A DNA stretch of 64,000 nucleotides. Origin: the human T2T-CHM13v2.0 reference genome, Homo sapiens. The notes under the pieces were generated by a model. That model ran no database searches. It saw only the letters and a program-made list of their open reading frames with translations, and was not told the DNA's origin. The stretch is from assembly GCF_009914755.1 (NCBI RefSeq), contig NC_060947.1; one strand, 5' to 3'. Positions 1 through 17,863 of the stretch are shown one piece after another (position 1 is the stretch's first letter; each line of letters opens with the position of its first letter). The position numbers and the translations under genes were made by a program.

Positions 1-866
<866 letters not shown>

Positions 867-925
867 CCAGTCTCTAGAACTGTGGCAAGCAATGTCTATT
901 GTTTGTGAGCCACCCAGTTGATGGT

Positions 926-2336
<1,411 letters not shown>

Positions 2337-2517
2337 ATGGTGTTTTGTTTGTTTGGTTTTTTGTTTGTTTCCAGCAGGATAAATGGACCAAGACAAGGAG
2401 CCTATGAAGAGGATAAGACATTGGATCCAGCATAAAATGGGATCTGTGTTTAAAATGCAAGCCCTGCAGAAATCAGAGACAGAAACACATTTGCCCTGTG
2501 CACTTCAAAGCTCATGT

Positions 2518-2661
2518 TTTTTTTAATGTTTTATTTTTATTTTTTACAGAGATGAGTTCTCACTGTGTTGCCTAGGTTGGCCCTTGAACACCCGGACTCA
2601 ATCAGTCCTCCCGCCTGAGCCTCCCAAAGTGCTGAGATTACCGGCATGAGCTGCCACGCCT
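2518..2661 (-). mobile_element. Alu left monomer (FLAM/AluJ-like)
   Basis: Diverged left arm only, with a T-rich tail. Confidence 0.8.
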
Positions 2662-3274
2662 TGATGGAGGCTGAGACTTTTTGGAATCCCTCCCTCTCTC
2701 CATGTCCTGCCAAGAACAGAAGTAAAGTTTTCCATCTTAAAACATGTGTGTGAGTCAATAGACCTGTGTTATCTTTTCACTCAAAGCTCAACCAGTGAAC
2801 AGACTGAGTCAGCTTCCAGGAAACATCCACGGCTGTAAGAGGGGGTGTCGGCTGCTCTCCATAGCCAAGTGGCTGCAAAAATCATCATACTGACAAAAAA
2901 AAAAATCGACGCATTTTGCCTGCTTGCAACGTCTTCCTTTGCTGGGGGACGTCAGGGTTCTCGCACGTTGTCGAGGAAGGATATTGTCTCGGCTTCCTCT
3001 GACTCAAGCTCTCATTTTTGTTTACAAGGCAGTTTAGGGATCGTCCGTGCGTTACTGTGAAGATGCTACTCTGAGGTTTTTCACAGTTTTTTTTCCCCCA
3101 TGAGACACACCCAAGGCCCACGCTCAGCACTTGCGACCTGTACTCCTGCAGCCTGGATGCTTCTGTATCAGCTTTGCTTTCTAGGGTTCAGCTTTGGAAC
3201 AGTCTAGAGAAGCAGGAGGTTAATTTTCCTCCTTCTGTGGAAGTTCTGGGTCTCTTACGCATCCTCCAGTTCCC

Positions 3275-3900
3275 CCTGGAGGCTCTAGGGGAGGATCCTT
3301 CCTGCCTCTCCCAGCTCCTGGGGGCTCCAGGTGTCCCTGGGCTTGTGGCCGCATCACTCCAGTCTGCCTCTGTCTCCACGTGTCCTCCTGCTCTGTGTCT
3401 GTGTCTCCTCTTCTGTCTCTTGGAAGGACACCTGTCATGGCATTTAGGGTGCTTAATAATCCAGCACAATCTCATCTTCATATCCTTAAGTAATTACATA
3501 TGCAAAGTTCCTTATTACCGAATAAAATCTATAATAATTTCAGGTTCTGGGCTTTAAAACAAGACATGTCTTTCTGGGGCAACTGTTTAGTGCACTCTGC
3601 AATTGTATCCAGTTCCCTCCAGAGACTCTAGGGGAGGGTCCTTCCTGCCTCTCCCAGCTCCTGGGGACTCCAGGCATCCCTGGGCTTGGGGCAGCATCAC
3701 TTCAGTCTCTGCCTCTGTCTTTATGTGGCCTCCTGCTTTGTGTCTGTGTCTCCTCTTCCGTCTCTCATAGGGACACTGGATTGGGCCCATTGTAAATGCA
3801 GTATGGCCTCGCCTTACTTAATTACATTTGGAAAGACCCGATTTTCAAACATGGTCCCATCCTGATGTTCCAGGTGGACACGGGTTTGGGAATGATAATT
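3275..3900 (-). mobile_element. MLT1C-like MaLR LTR segment, two tandem copies
   Basis: CTCTAGGGGAGGATCCTTCCTGCCTCTCCCAGCTCCTGGGG... repeated at ~3283 and ~3626. Confidence 0.75.
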
Positions 3901-5854
3901 CATTACTAAACCATCTCTGTTTTCCTGCCATAGTGATGACGGCAGGAGAGAGGCACCAATAGAGGGCCTCCGAACAGCAGCTTCAGCCTCCATCAGCGTC
4001 CCCAGTGCACAGAAAGGGAGGGGCCGGGCATCCAAGGCCACCCACTGCGGAGACGCAGAGCCCGTGGGCAGACAGGCAGCTCTCCCACTCCCACCTCCAG
4101 AATGGTCTTTCTCGCCCAAGAGAGCCTGGGATCCAATTCCACGTGATGTCCCAGCACCCCTGGAGAGTCAGAGCTCTTCTTTGCGCTAAACCAGCTCAGG
4201 TGTTGGGGCTGGTGCAGGCACATGCCGTGTAGAAGAAGACAGACAAAGACCCAGCCTGCTCACCACCCACACAGCAGGGAGGGGGCTCAGCGGCTGACAC
4301 CCCTGTAGGTTCCTGGGGTCCACACCTGCATCTGCTGCTTGGTCTCCAAACGGTCTCATGGGTCAGGCCAGTTGCCTGCTTCCTGGACTCCAGATGGACT
4401 TGCCATGGCTGAGGCTCTCCATGGGGTAAAAGGACGCGGAGAATGGGCAGGAGGTGGGGAACTCCCGAATCAAGCTGCACCCTTGTGTTGGGATGGGCTG
4501 GACCCCATCTCACGGAGCCTCCTCTCCGCACCTGGGCCTCCCGTGGTCCTTGTCCTGAGTCAGGGAAGCCTGAGTGTGTTCCAGGGGCCTGATGGGACCT
4601 CCTTCTCTATCAGGGACTCACAGAAGCAGAATAGGGGTGGGGTCCCACCAAGCCAGGCCAGAACAAATGTGCCAAAAATCACCTTGGTCAGCAACAGGGT
4701 GGGGTGTGTGTGTGGGGGGAAGTGGGCACGGAGAGTAGCTGACTTGCAGGAGCCCCAGGCGCTCCTCTGAAAGAAGAATTCCAACCACAGCAACCACAGT
4801 GCCCCTGAGTGAAATAAACAGAAATTTCGGCGTGCACCGGGCTACGGAGACCAGAACCCCTGGAGGAGAATGGAGAAGGCCAGAACCACAACTAAGGGAC
4901 GATGTCAGCAGGGAGAAGAGCTGGGAATGGGGCTCGCAGTTCGCCCACGGAGGATATCCAGAAACCGAGTCGGGTAGGCGGTGGGGCTGGTTGAATATCC
5001 ACCCTCGGGTATGGACAGGTGTGAGGAGTGTCTAAGGAGCTCGGGGGTGACAGCCCAGCTCTACTAAAAAAAATACAAAAATTAGCCGGGCGTGGTGACA
5101 CAAGCTGTCCCCTGACACAGAGAGGCAGAGGCACCCTCTGCAGGATAACAAGCACCCTGTGCGCTGCTGGGCTTTGCTTGTTTCTCTACCCTGAGTGAAG
5201 CCTGGAGACCCTTCCTCACCGGTGCCTCTGCAGTGCCTGGGAGGAATAAAGCCTGGAGACCCTTCCCCACCGGGCCTCTGCAGTGCCTGGGAGCAACGCA
5301 GCTGTTCTCCCTGAACCTCTGGCACCGTGGCCTCTCCATGCGCCTCAGCCTCCCTAGTAGCTGGGATTATAGGCACCCGCCACCACACCTGGCTAATTTT
5401 GTATTTTTAGTAGAGACGGGCCTGCCTGAGCCTCCCAAACTGCTGGGATGACGGGTGTGAGCCACCATGCCTGATGCTTAATTTCCTTCTTAAAACATGC
5501 TCCCCTGTGCCCTTCCCCTTCTAAGATGAGCCAGGAGGCTAATTGGGTAGACAAAAGAAGACAGAAGTTTGTGTCCTTCTAGACAGAACTGGTGTGGCCC
5601 ACCAGGCTATAGATGGAGATGTCTCTTCTGAGAGAAGACTGCCTCTTTGTCCTTTCCATTGAGAAAATGCTTCCTTTTCAGCCCTGAGCTGGGGGTATCA
5701 GGAGTCCAGGAAAGAAAGAAGGCAGAGGAGAGAGAGAGGTGTTTGGATGTAAAGATGTATCTACCACGTTGACCAGAATCTTGACGACATCACCATGAGC
5801 TCCGTGACTCAGAGGGACCCTGGACATTTTGGACGTTTGTCACTTGCTGGCCAC

Positions 5855-6159
5855 TTTCTTTCTTTCTTTTTTTTTTTTTGAGATGGAGTCTTGCTCTGTC
5901 GCCCAGGCTGGAGTGCAGTGGCGCAATCTTGGCTCACTACAACCTCTGCCTCCCTGGTTGAAGTGATTCTTCTGCCTCAGCCTCCCGAGTACCTGGGACT
6001 ACAGGCGCCCGCCACCACGCCTGGCTAATTTTTGTATTTTTAGTAGAGACGGGGTTTCACCTTGTTAGCCAGGATGGTCTCGATCTCCTGACCTCGTGAT
6101 CCGCCCACCTAGGCCTCCCAAAGTGCTGGGATGACAGGCGTGAGCCACTGCGCCCGGCC
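5855..6159 (-). mobile_element. Alu (AluSc/Y-like) with TSD CACTTTCT
   Basis: Full antisense Alu flanked by a short direct repeat. Confidence 0.95.
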
Positions 6160-7447
6160 ACTTTCTGGCCATTTTCATTTCTGTAGGCAATGGACGGGTC
6201 CTAGGAGTCCATGGATTCAGGGGTCCTAGGAGCTGGCCACCAAGAATAACTCAGACCTGGTCAAGTCTCAAGGTATCAGGTCCCTGTTTGTTCAAATCGG
6301 AGTCCTCATGGGCCCCAAAGTTCCGTGGTCTACTGTTTCCAAAAGCCTCCCGAAGCCCTTGCGTACAGGCAACACCCCCAGCTGCCTCTGAGCCAAGCAA
6401 GGAGGGTCTAAGTTCAGAGGCATGATCAGGGCAGGCGTCCTCACTTGCTCTCTCTGTGAGTGTCCAAGATGAAGTCCCCTAGATTTCACCGGACGAGATG
6501 AGACCTGACATTCCACATTGTCCTTGAACACCTGGCAGTCAGCACCCACTACTTCCTGAGTCCTGGAAATAGTCAACCTCATCTCTCGTTGGATGAGGAG
6601 TTGTCCCGGGAGACACGCCAGGACCCCACCCAAGCCTTCCTAGCTGAAAATCATCACTGAGCCAGAAAAGCTGTCGCTCATATCCCCGGTGACCGCCGAC
6701 GGTGGTTCGGAGCTGGGGTAGCTCATGAGTCCCTGCAGTACTGGCGACATACCTGTTGTGTGGATTGCTAAACTGAGGCTCGGGGCCGTGACGGCACCCG
6801 GTCACAGCACCCGGCGGAGTCCCCACGTGCCAGCCCCTCCTGTTGGCGACGCGCGATTTCCGCCCCCCTGCCTGACTTCCCATGTCTCCCTGCCACATTC
6901 ATGAGTAGCTTCATGTTGAGTTTGAGCCTGCTTCTGGGTACACTACCCCTGTGGTGACGGGAGGGAAAGTAAAGGTTTTTCTCACTTGACAGAAGAGGAA
7001 ATTGAGGTTAGCTATTAGGTCATGGCATGGCCGTGGTCAGACCCACGGCTGATAACATGTAAAGGCACGCCTGAATCAAGCCAGCCCCGTCTGGCACTCA
7101 ACACACACCCCACGTCTTTGCAGCCAGGCAGGACCGGGCGGGACCCACACCGCCATCCCTCAGGAGACCTCCCTGCCGCCTCCCCCACCTCTTTCACCCC
7201 GTATGGCGTGTGCCTGATGACCTCTCATCACGATGCCCCTGTCCCCCCGACGCCCTGTGGGTTTGGGGGAAAAATCCAGCAATGGCCTAGGGCAGGTCAC
7301 ATAAGATTCCTCACAACAGACTCTGATGTTCTGGCAGTATTGCTGAGTGTCTCTAAAACCATGGAAAGCCCCAGGGGCTGGCAGAGCTGCAGGCAGTCAG
7401 CTGGGGAGGTGGCGTTCATGCTGCCATTAACCAGGCTGAGTGTTGAT

Positions 7448-7657
7448 CAAAGGTTTTCAACTGGGGCCACTGTGGTCCCCAGGGGACGCTGGGCAGCAGC
7501 GACATCTCTGGCTGTCATGACGGGGTGGAGGAGCTCCTGGCATCTGGTGGGTGCAGCCCAGGGACACCGTTCAACACACTACACTGCACGGGACGGCCCT
7601 GCCACAGAGTGTCATCCAGCCCCAAAATGTCAGCAGTGCTGAGGCTGAGAAACTCCA
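7448..7657 (+). mobile_element. MER20 (hAT-Charlie MITE)
   Basis: GGTTTTCAACTGGGG...CCCCAAAATGTCAGCAGTGCTGAGGCTGAGAAAC matches the MER20 consensus. Confidence 0.85.
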
Positions 7658-7699
7658 CATATCGGTTATCCCCACATGAGAGACTCCTTATATTGGTTA

Positions 7700-7904
7700 T
7701 CTATGTATCCATCTATGTATCTACCTATCTAGCCATCCATCTATTTATCTCTCTATCTATCATCTATGTATCTATCTGTCTAGCCATCTATCTATCCATC
7801 ATCTATGTATCTATCCATCTATTCATCCATCTATCTATCCTGTATGTATTTATCTATCCATCATCCATCCATCCATCCATCCATCCATCCATCCATCCAT
7901 CTAT

Positions 7905-7953
<49 letters not shown>

Positions 7954-8295
7954 TTCTATTATCTATCTATCATCTATGTATCTATGTATCTATCCATCCA
8001 TGTATGTGTCTATCATCTATGCATCCATCCATCCATCCCTCCATCCATCCATTCATCCATCCATCCATCCATCCATCCATCTATTCTATCATCTATGTAT
8101 CTATGTATCCATCCATTCATTGTATCTATCATGTATCTATTATCTATCTATCCTGTATGTATCTATCCATCTATTCATCCATCTGTCTATCCTGTATGTG
8201 TTCATCCATCCATCCATCCATCCATCCATCCATCCATCCATCCATTTATTCTATCTATGCATCTATCTATGTATCTATCTATGTATCTATCTATG

Positions 8296-8347
<52 letters not shown>

Positions 8348-8365
8348 ATCTATGTATCCATCCAT

Positions 8366-8407
<42 letters not shown>

Positions 8408-8593
8408 CATCTATGTATCTACCTATCTAGCCATCCATCTATTTATCTCTCTATCTATCATCTATGTATCTATCTGTCTAGCCATCTATCTATCTATCCA
8501 TCATCTATGTATCTATCCATCTATTCATCCATTTTCTATCCTGTATGTATTTATCTATCCATCATCCATCCATCCATCCATTCATCCATCTAT

Positions 8594-8630
<37 letters not shown>

Positions 8631-9026
8631 TTCTATTATCTATCTATCATCTATGTATCTATGTATCTATCCATCCATGTATGTGTCTATCATCTATGCA
8701 TCCATCCATCCATCCCTCCATCCATCCATTCATCCATCCATCCATCCATCCATCCATCCATCTATTCTATCATCTATGTATCTATGTATCCATCCATTCA
8801 TTGTATCTATCATGTATCTATTATGTATCTATCCTGTATGTATCTATCCATCTATTCATCCATCTGTCTATCCTGTATGTGTTCATCCATCCATCCATCC
8901 ATCCATCCATCCATCCATCCATCCATTTATTCTATCTATGCATCTATGTATCTATCTATGTATCTATGTATCTATCTATGTATCTATCTATCTATCTATC
9001 TATCTATTATCTATGTATCCATCCAT

Positions 9027-9057
<31 letters not shown>

Positions 9058-9480
9058 CTATTATCTATCTATCATCTATGTATCTATGTATCTATCCATT
9101 CTCTCTATCTATGTATGTATCTATCTATCTTCTCTATCATCTATGTATCTATGTATCCATCCATCTATGTAAATATTATCTATGCATCCATCCATCTATT
9201 CTATCATCTATGTATCTATGTATCTATCCATTCATTGTATCTACCATGTATCTAACTATCCTCTATCTATCATCTATCTATCTATCTCATCTATCATCTT
9301 TATACATCTATCATCTACCACCTATCTGTCTCAATATCTGTCAATCTGTCATCTATATCTATGTATTACCTATCTATCTCAATAGCTAGCTATCAATCAT
9401 CTATCATCTAATCTATTCATCCGTCTACCTCAATATCTATCAATCATCGAATAGCTATATCTATTCATCTATCTGTCTAC
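7700..9480 (+). repeat. (TATC)n/(TCCA)n block containing an ~700 bp internal tandem duplication
   Basis: Sequence starting at ~7707 recurs at ~8405. Confidence 0.95.
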
Positions 9481-9484
9481 ACCT

Positions 9485-10928
<1,444 letters not shown>

Positions 10929-11444
10929 CTTCCATTCTCTTGACGGCACTGAGCATTGCCTTCAACGGCATGTCTACGGATGGCCAGCTGGGTCCCTTCT
11001 GGGGCTCCAGACACGATTCTCTTAGCTGTCTGTTGTCTGAGAGTTCTTCCTGATTGACACATGGCCTCCTGCCTTATAACTTCCCCCACCTGAGTCCTCT
11101 CGTCTGTCCCACATCACTCGCTGACAACACCCACAATGGCCAGGTGTGTCCTTCTGGAATTCCAGGTGAGCAAGTGTTCTGCCTTCGGTGATATGGGGGC
11201 CCACCTGCTCCTCTGCCTTTTTTTCCTAGCTCCTTGGTCCAGGGCTCATCACACCAGATATGTAAGCAAAGAGAAGAGGCTCCCAGGCTGGCGGGGGGGT
11301 CTCCTGTCCAGGGTCTCCTGTGTAAGAGTGTCCTGGGGATATAGCAAACAATGACCCCACACTGGGGGTACTTAAACAACAGAAATTCATCATCTCCCAG
11401 TCCTGGAGGTGAAGAGTCTGAGATTAAGGTGCAGGCAGGCCCAC

Positions 11445-12610
<1,166 letters not shown>

Positions 12611-12619
12611 CCATCCTCC

Positions 12620-13270
12620 CTGTGGAGGCTCTAGGGGAGGATCCCTCCTGCCTCTCCAAGCTCCTGGGGGCTCCAGGCATCCCTGGGCTTGTGGCCGCAT
12701 CACTCCAGTGTCTGCCTCTGTCTCCACGTGGCCTTCTCCTCTGTGTCTGTGTCTCCTCTTCTGTCTCTTACAAGGACAGCTGTCATTGCATTTTGGGCCC
12801 ACTCTAATCCAGAATGATCCAATCTCAAGGTCCTTAACTTAATGACATCTGCAAAGACCCTATTTCCAAATAAGGTCTTACAGACTCTGAGCATTAGGAT
12901 ATGGACAAATGTTTCTGGTGGCCACTATTCAATCCACTACAATTGTATCCAGTTCCTTCTGGGAGGCTCTAAGGGAGGATCCCTCCTGCCTCTCCCAGCT
13001 CCTGGGGGCTCCAGGCGTCCCTGGGCTTGTGGCCCCATCACTCCAGTCTCTGCCTCTGTCTCCCCATGGCCTCCTCCTCTGTGTCTGTGTCTCCTCTTCT
13101 GTCTCTCAGAAGTGAACCTGTCATTGGATTTTGGGCCCACCCTAATCCAGGATGATCTCATCCCAAACCCTTAAATCACATCTTCAAAGACTTTTTCAGC
13201 AAACAAAGTCCTGTTTCCAGGTTCCAGGGGGTTAGGGCATGGTCCTATCTTTTGCAGGTACGCACCATTG
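12620..13270 (-). mobile_element. MLT1C-like LTR segment, two tandem copies (upstream part at ~11330-11440)
   Basis: Same unit as 3275-3900, at ~12625 and ~12962. Confidence 0.75.
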
Positions 13271-13514
13271 AACCCACTACACATAGCGTTAACAACTTGT
13301 GCCCGTTTTCCTTTAATTGTCCCACTTTTAGCCCTGAGGTTCTTGTGTCCTGAAAATACCTTATAAATCCAGGGCAAACCAAGATGGATTATCTTCCCAC
13401 ATCCAACACCTGCACAGGTAAGTACAATTCTGTTTAATCTTGATGTCTGCTCAGGCTGGCTCTTCTCTCTGCCTACCACAGCTGGGTTCTGTGCTTGGTA
13501 TGGACACCCGCCCC

Positions 13515-14318
13515 TTTCCTTTCCTTTTCCTTTCCTTTCCATTTCTTTCCTTTCCTTCCCTTCCCTTTTATTTTCCTTTTCCTTTTCCTTTCCCTTCCCT
13601 CCCTTCCCTTCCCTTTCCTCCCCTCCCTTCCCTTCCCTTCCTTTCCCTTCCCTTTCCTCCCCTCCCTTCCCTTTCTTTTCCTTTCCCTTCCCTTCCCTTT
13701 CCTCCCCTCCTTTCCCTTCCCTTCCCTTCCCTTCCTTCCCTTCCCTCCCTTCCCTTCCCTTTCCTCCCCTCCCTTCCCTTCCCTTCCTTTCCCTTCTCTT
13801 CCCTTCCCTTCCCTCCCTTCCCCTCCTTTTCCTTTCCTTTTCCTTTTCCTTTCCCTTCCCTCCCTTCCCTTCCCTTTCCTCCCCTCCCTTCCCTTCCCTT
13901 CCTTTCCCTTCTCTTCCCTTCCCTCCCTTCCCTTCCTTTTCCTTTCCCTTCCCTTCCCTTTCCTCCCCTCCCTTCCCTTTCTTTTCCTTTCCCTTCCCTT
14001 CCCTTTCCTCCCCTCCTTTCCCTTCCCTTCCCTTCCCTTCCTTCCCTTCCTTCCCTTCCCTTCCCTTCCCTTCCTTCCCTTCCTTCCCTTCCCTTCCCTT
14101 CCCTTCCTTCCCTTCCCTTCCCTTCCTTCCCTTCCCTTCCCTTTCCTTTCCTCCCCTCCCTTCCTTTTCCTTCCCTTCCTTTCCTTTCCTTCCCTTTCCC
14201 TTTCCTTCCCTTTTCCTTTCCTTCCCTTCCCTCCCTTTCCCTTTCCCTCCCCCTCCCCCTCCCCTTCCCCTGTCTTCCTCTCCCCTCCCCTTCCCCTCCC
14301 CTCCCCTTCCCTTCCCTT
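13515..14318 (+). repeat. polypyrimidine (CCCTT/TTCCC)n tract; (AAGGG)-rich on the minus strand; tail of the adjacent Alu
   Basis: About 800 nt almost free of purines, directly abutting the antisense Alu at 14319. Confidence 0.95.
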
Positions 14319-14640
<322 letters not shown>

Positions 14641-14649
14641 TAAAGATAA

Positions 14650-15199
<550 letters not shown>

Positions 15200-15287
15200 T
15201 GAGAGCTTTGGGGGAGATTAGGGTGGGATGAGTTTACAGCAGAGATGCTCCATGTTGAGACAAATTTCCTTATAAGAACAGGAAGAG

Positions 15288-15689
<402 letters not shown>

Positions 15690-15711
15690 TCACCCCCTCC
15701 CACAAATATAA

Positions 15712-16765
15712 GCACAGAGAACAACCCTGTGGGGACACAGGGAGAAGACGGTGTCTACAAGCCCAGGAGAGAGGCCTCAGGAGGAACCATCCCTGCCCAC
15801 ACCTGGATCTCAGACTTCCAGCCTCCAGGACTGTGGGAGAATCAATGTCTGTCGTCTCTAAGCCACCCAGTCTATGGTATTCTGTGATAGCAGCCTGAAA
15901 TGGACTAAGAGATCTCATAAGAAGAGGAGATGAGGACACAGACACACACAGAGGGATGATCCTGTGAGGACACAGGGAGAAGATGGCGTCTCCAAGTCCA
16001 GGAGAGAGGCCTCAGGAGGAACCAGCCCTGCCCACACCTGGATCTCAGACCTCCAGCTCCAGGATTGTGGGAGAATCAACGTTTGTTGTGTATAAGTCAC
16101 GCAGTCTATGGTATTCTGTGATAGCAGCCTGAGATGGACGAGAACATCTCATAAGAAGAGGAGATGAGAACACAGACACACACAGAGGGGCGACCCTGTG
16201 AGGACACAGGGGGAAGACGTCATCTACAAGCCAAGGAGAGAGTCCTCAGGAGGAACCAGCCCTGCCCGTTCGCTGATCTCAGACTTCCAGCCTCCAGGGC
16301 TGTGGGACAATCAATGTCTGTTGTGTATAAGCCACGCAGTCTATGGTATTCTGTGTTAGCAGCCTGAAGTGGACTAAGACACCTCATAAGAAGAGGAGAT
16401 GAGGACACAGACACACACAGATGGACGACTCTGTGAGGACACAGGGAGAAAACAGCATCTACAAGCCAAAGAGACAAGCCTTAGGAGGAACCACCCCTGC
16501 CCACACCTGGATCTCAGACTTCCAGCCTCCAGGAATGTGGGAGAATCAATGTCTGTTGTTTATAAGCCACCCAGTCTATGGTATTCTGTGGTAGCAGCCT
16601 GAGATGGACTAAGACATCTCATAAGAGGAGGAGATGAGGGCACAGACACACAGAGAGGGACGACCCCGTGAGGACACAGGGAGGAGACAGCATCTACAAG
16701 CCCAGGAGAGAGGCCTCAGGAGGAACCAGCCCTGTCCACACCTGATGTCCAGCCTCCAGGAGAAT
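15712..16765 (+). repeat. MLT1B-derived tandem array, ~235 bp unit, ~4.5 copies
   Basis: GA(A/G)GAGGAGATGAG starts at 15921, 16155, 16390 and 16625. The unit is the 3' half of an MLT1B-like LTR, ending GGACTAAGACA. Confidence 0.85.
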
Positions 16766-17223
16766 CAAGGTCTGGCTTTTAAACCACCTCAGCCTTCAGC
16801 TTGGGCCCCCGCCCCATCCCACAAACACCCCCAACCTTGTCCGCCTCTGTGTGCCTTGTGGGCAGTCCCCAGTACATGGCCTTAGACTGCTGTTCCACCC
16901 TCCAGAGTCTCAGGATGAACTGGAAGGTATTAAGGAAGTCATCTGAGGGCTCTGAGCAAAATGGAAACTAATTTCAGTGGGAAAAGAGGATCTGCAGTGA
17001 GTGAGTCTGTTGAGCTCCGGCAGAGAAGAAGCCTGGTGTCAGGGTCCTTCTGCCTGAGCCTGTGGGGCCAGGTAATGTTAACAGGAAGCATGCTCAGACC
17101 CAAGCGAGGTCTCAGAAGATTTAAGGGAAGTTCAATCTTCACACGTGTCTCTGGTTTCCAGTAATATCTGGCCCCCAATATTCTCCCTGGTCCTCAATAT
17201 TTTCTGGTTCTTAGTAATCTCTC

Positions 17224-17863
<640 letters not shown>

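Noticed and set aside
7525-9389. ORFs of 236-461 aa (YLSI/HPSI-rich)
   Set aside because: Translations of (TATC)n/(TCCA)n, which lack stops in several frames. The same applies to ORFs at 129-806, 23628-27296, 29263-30561 and 56848-58262.
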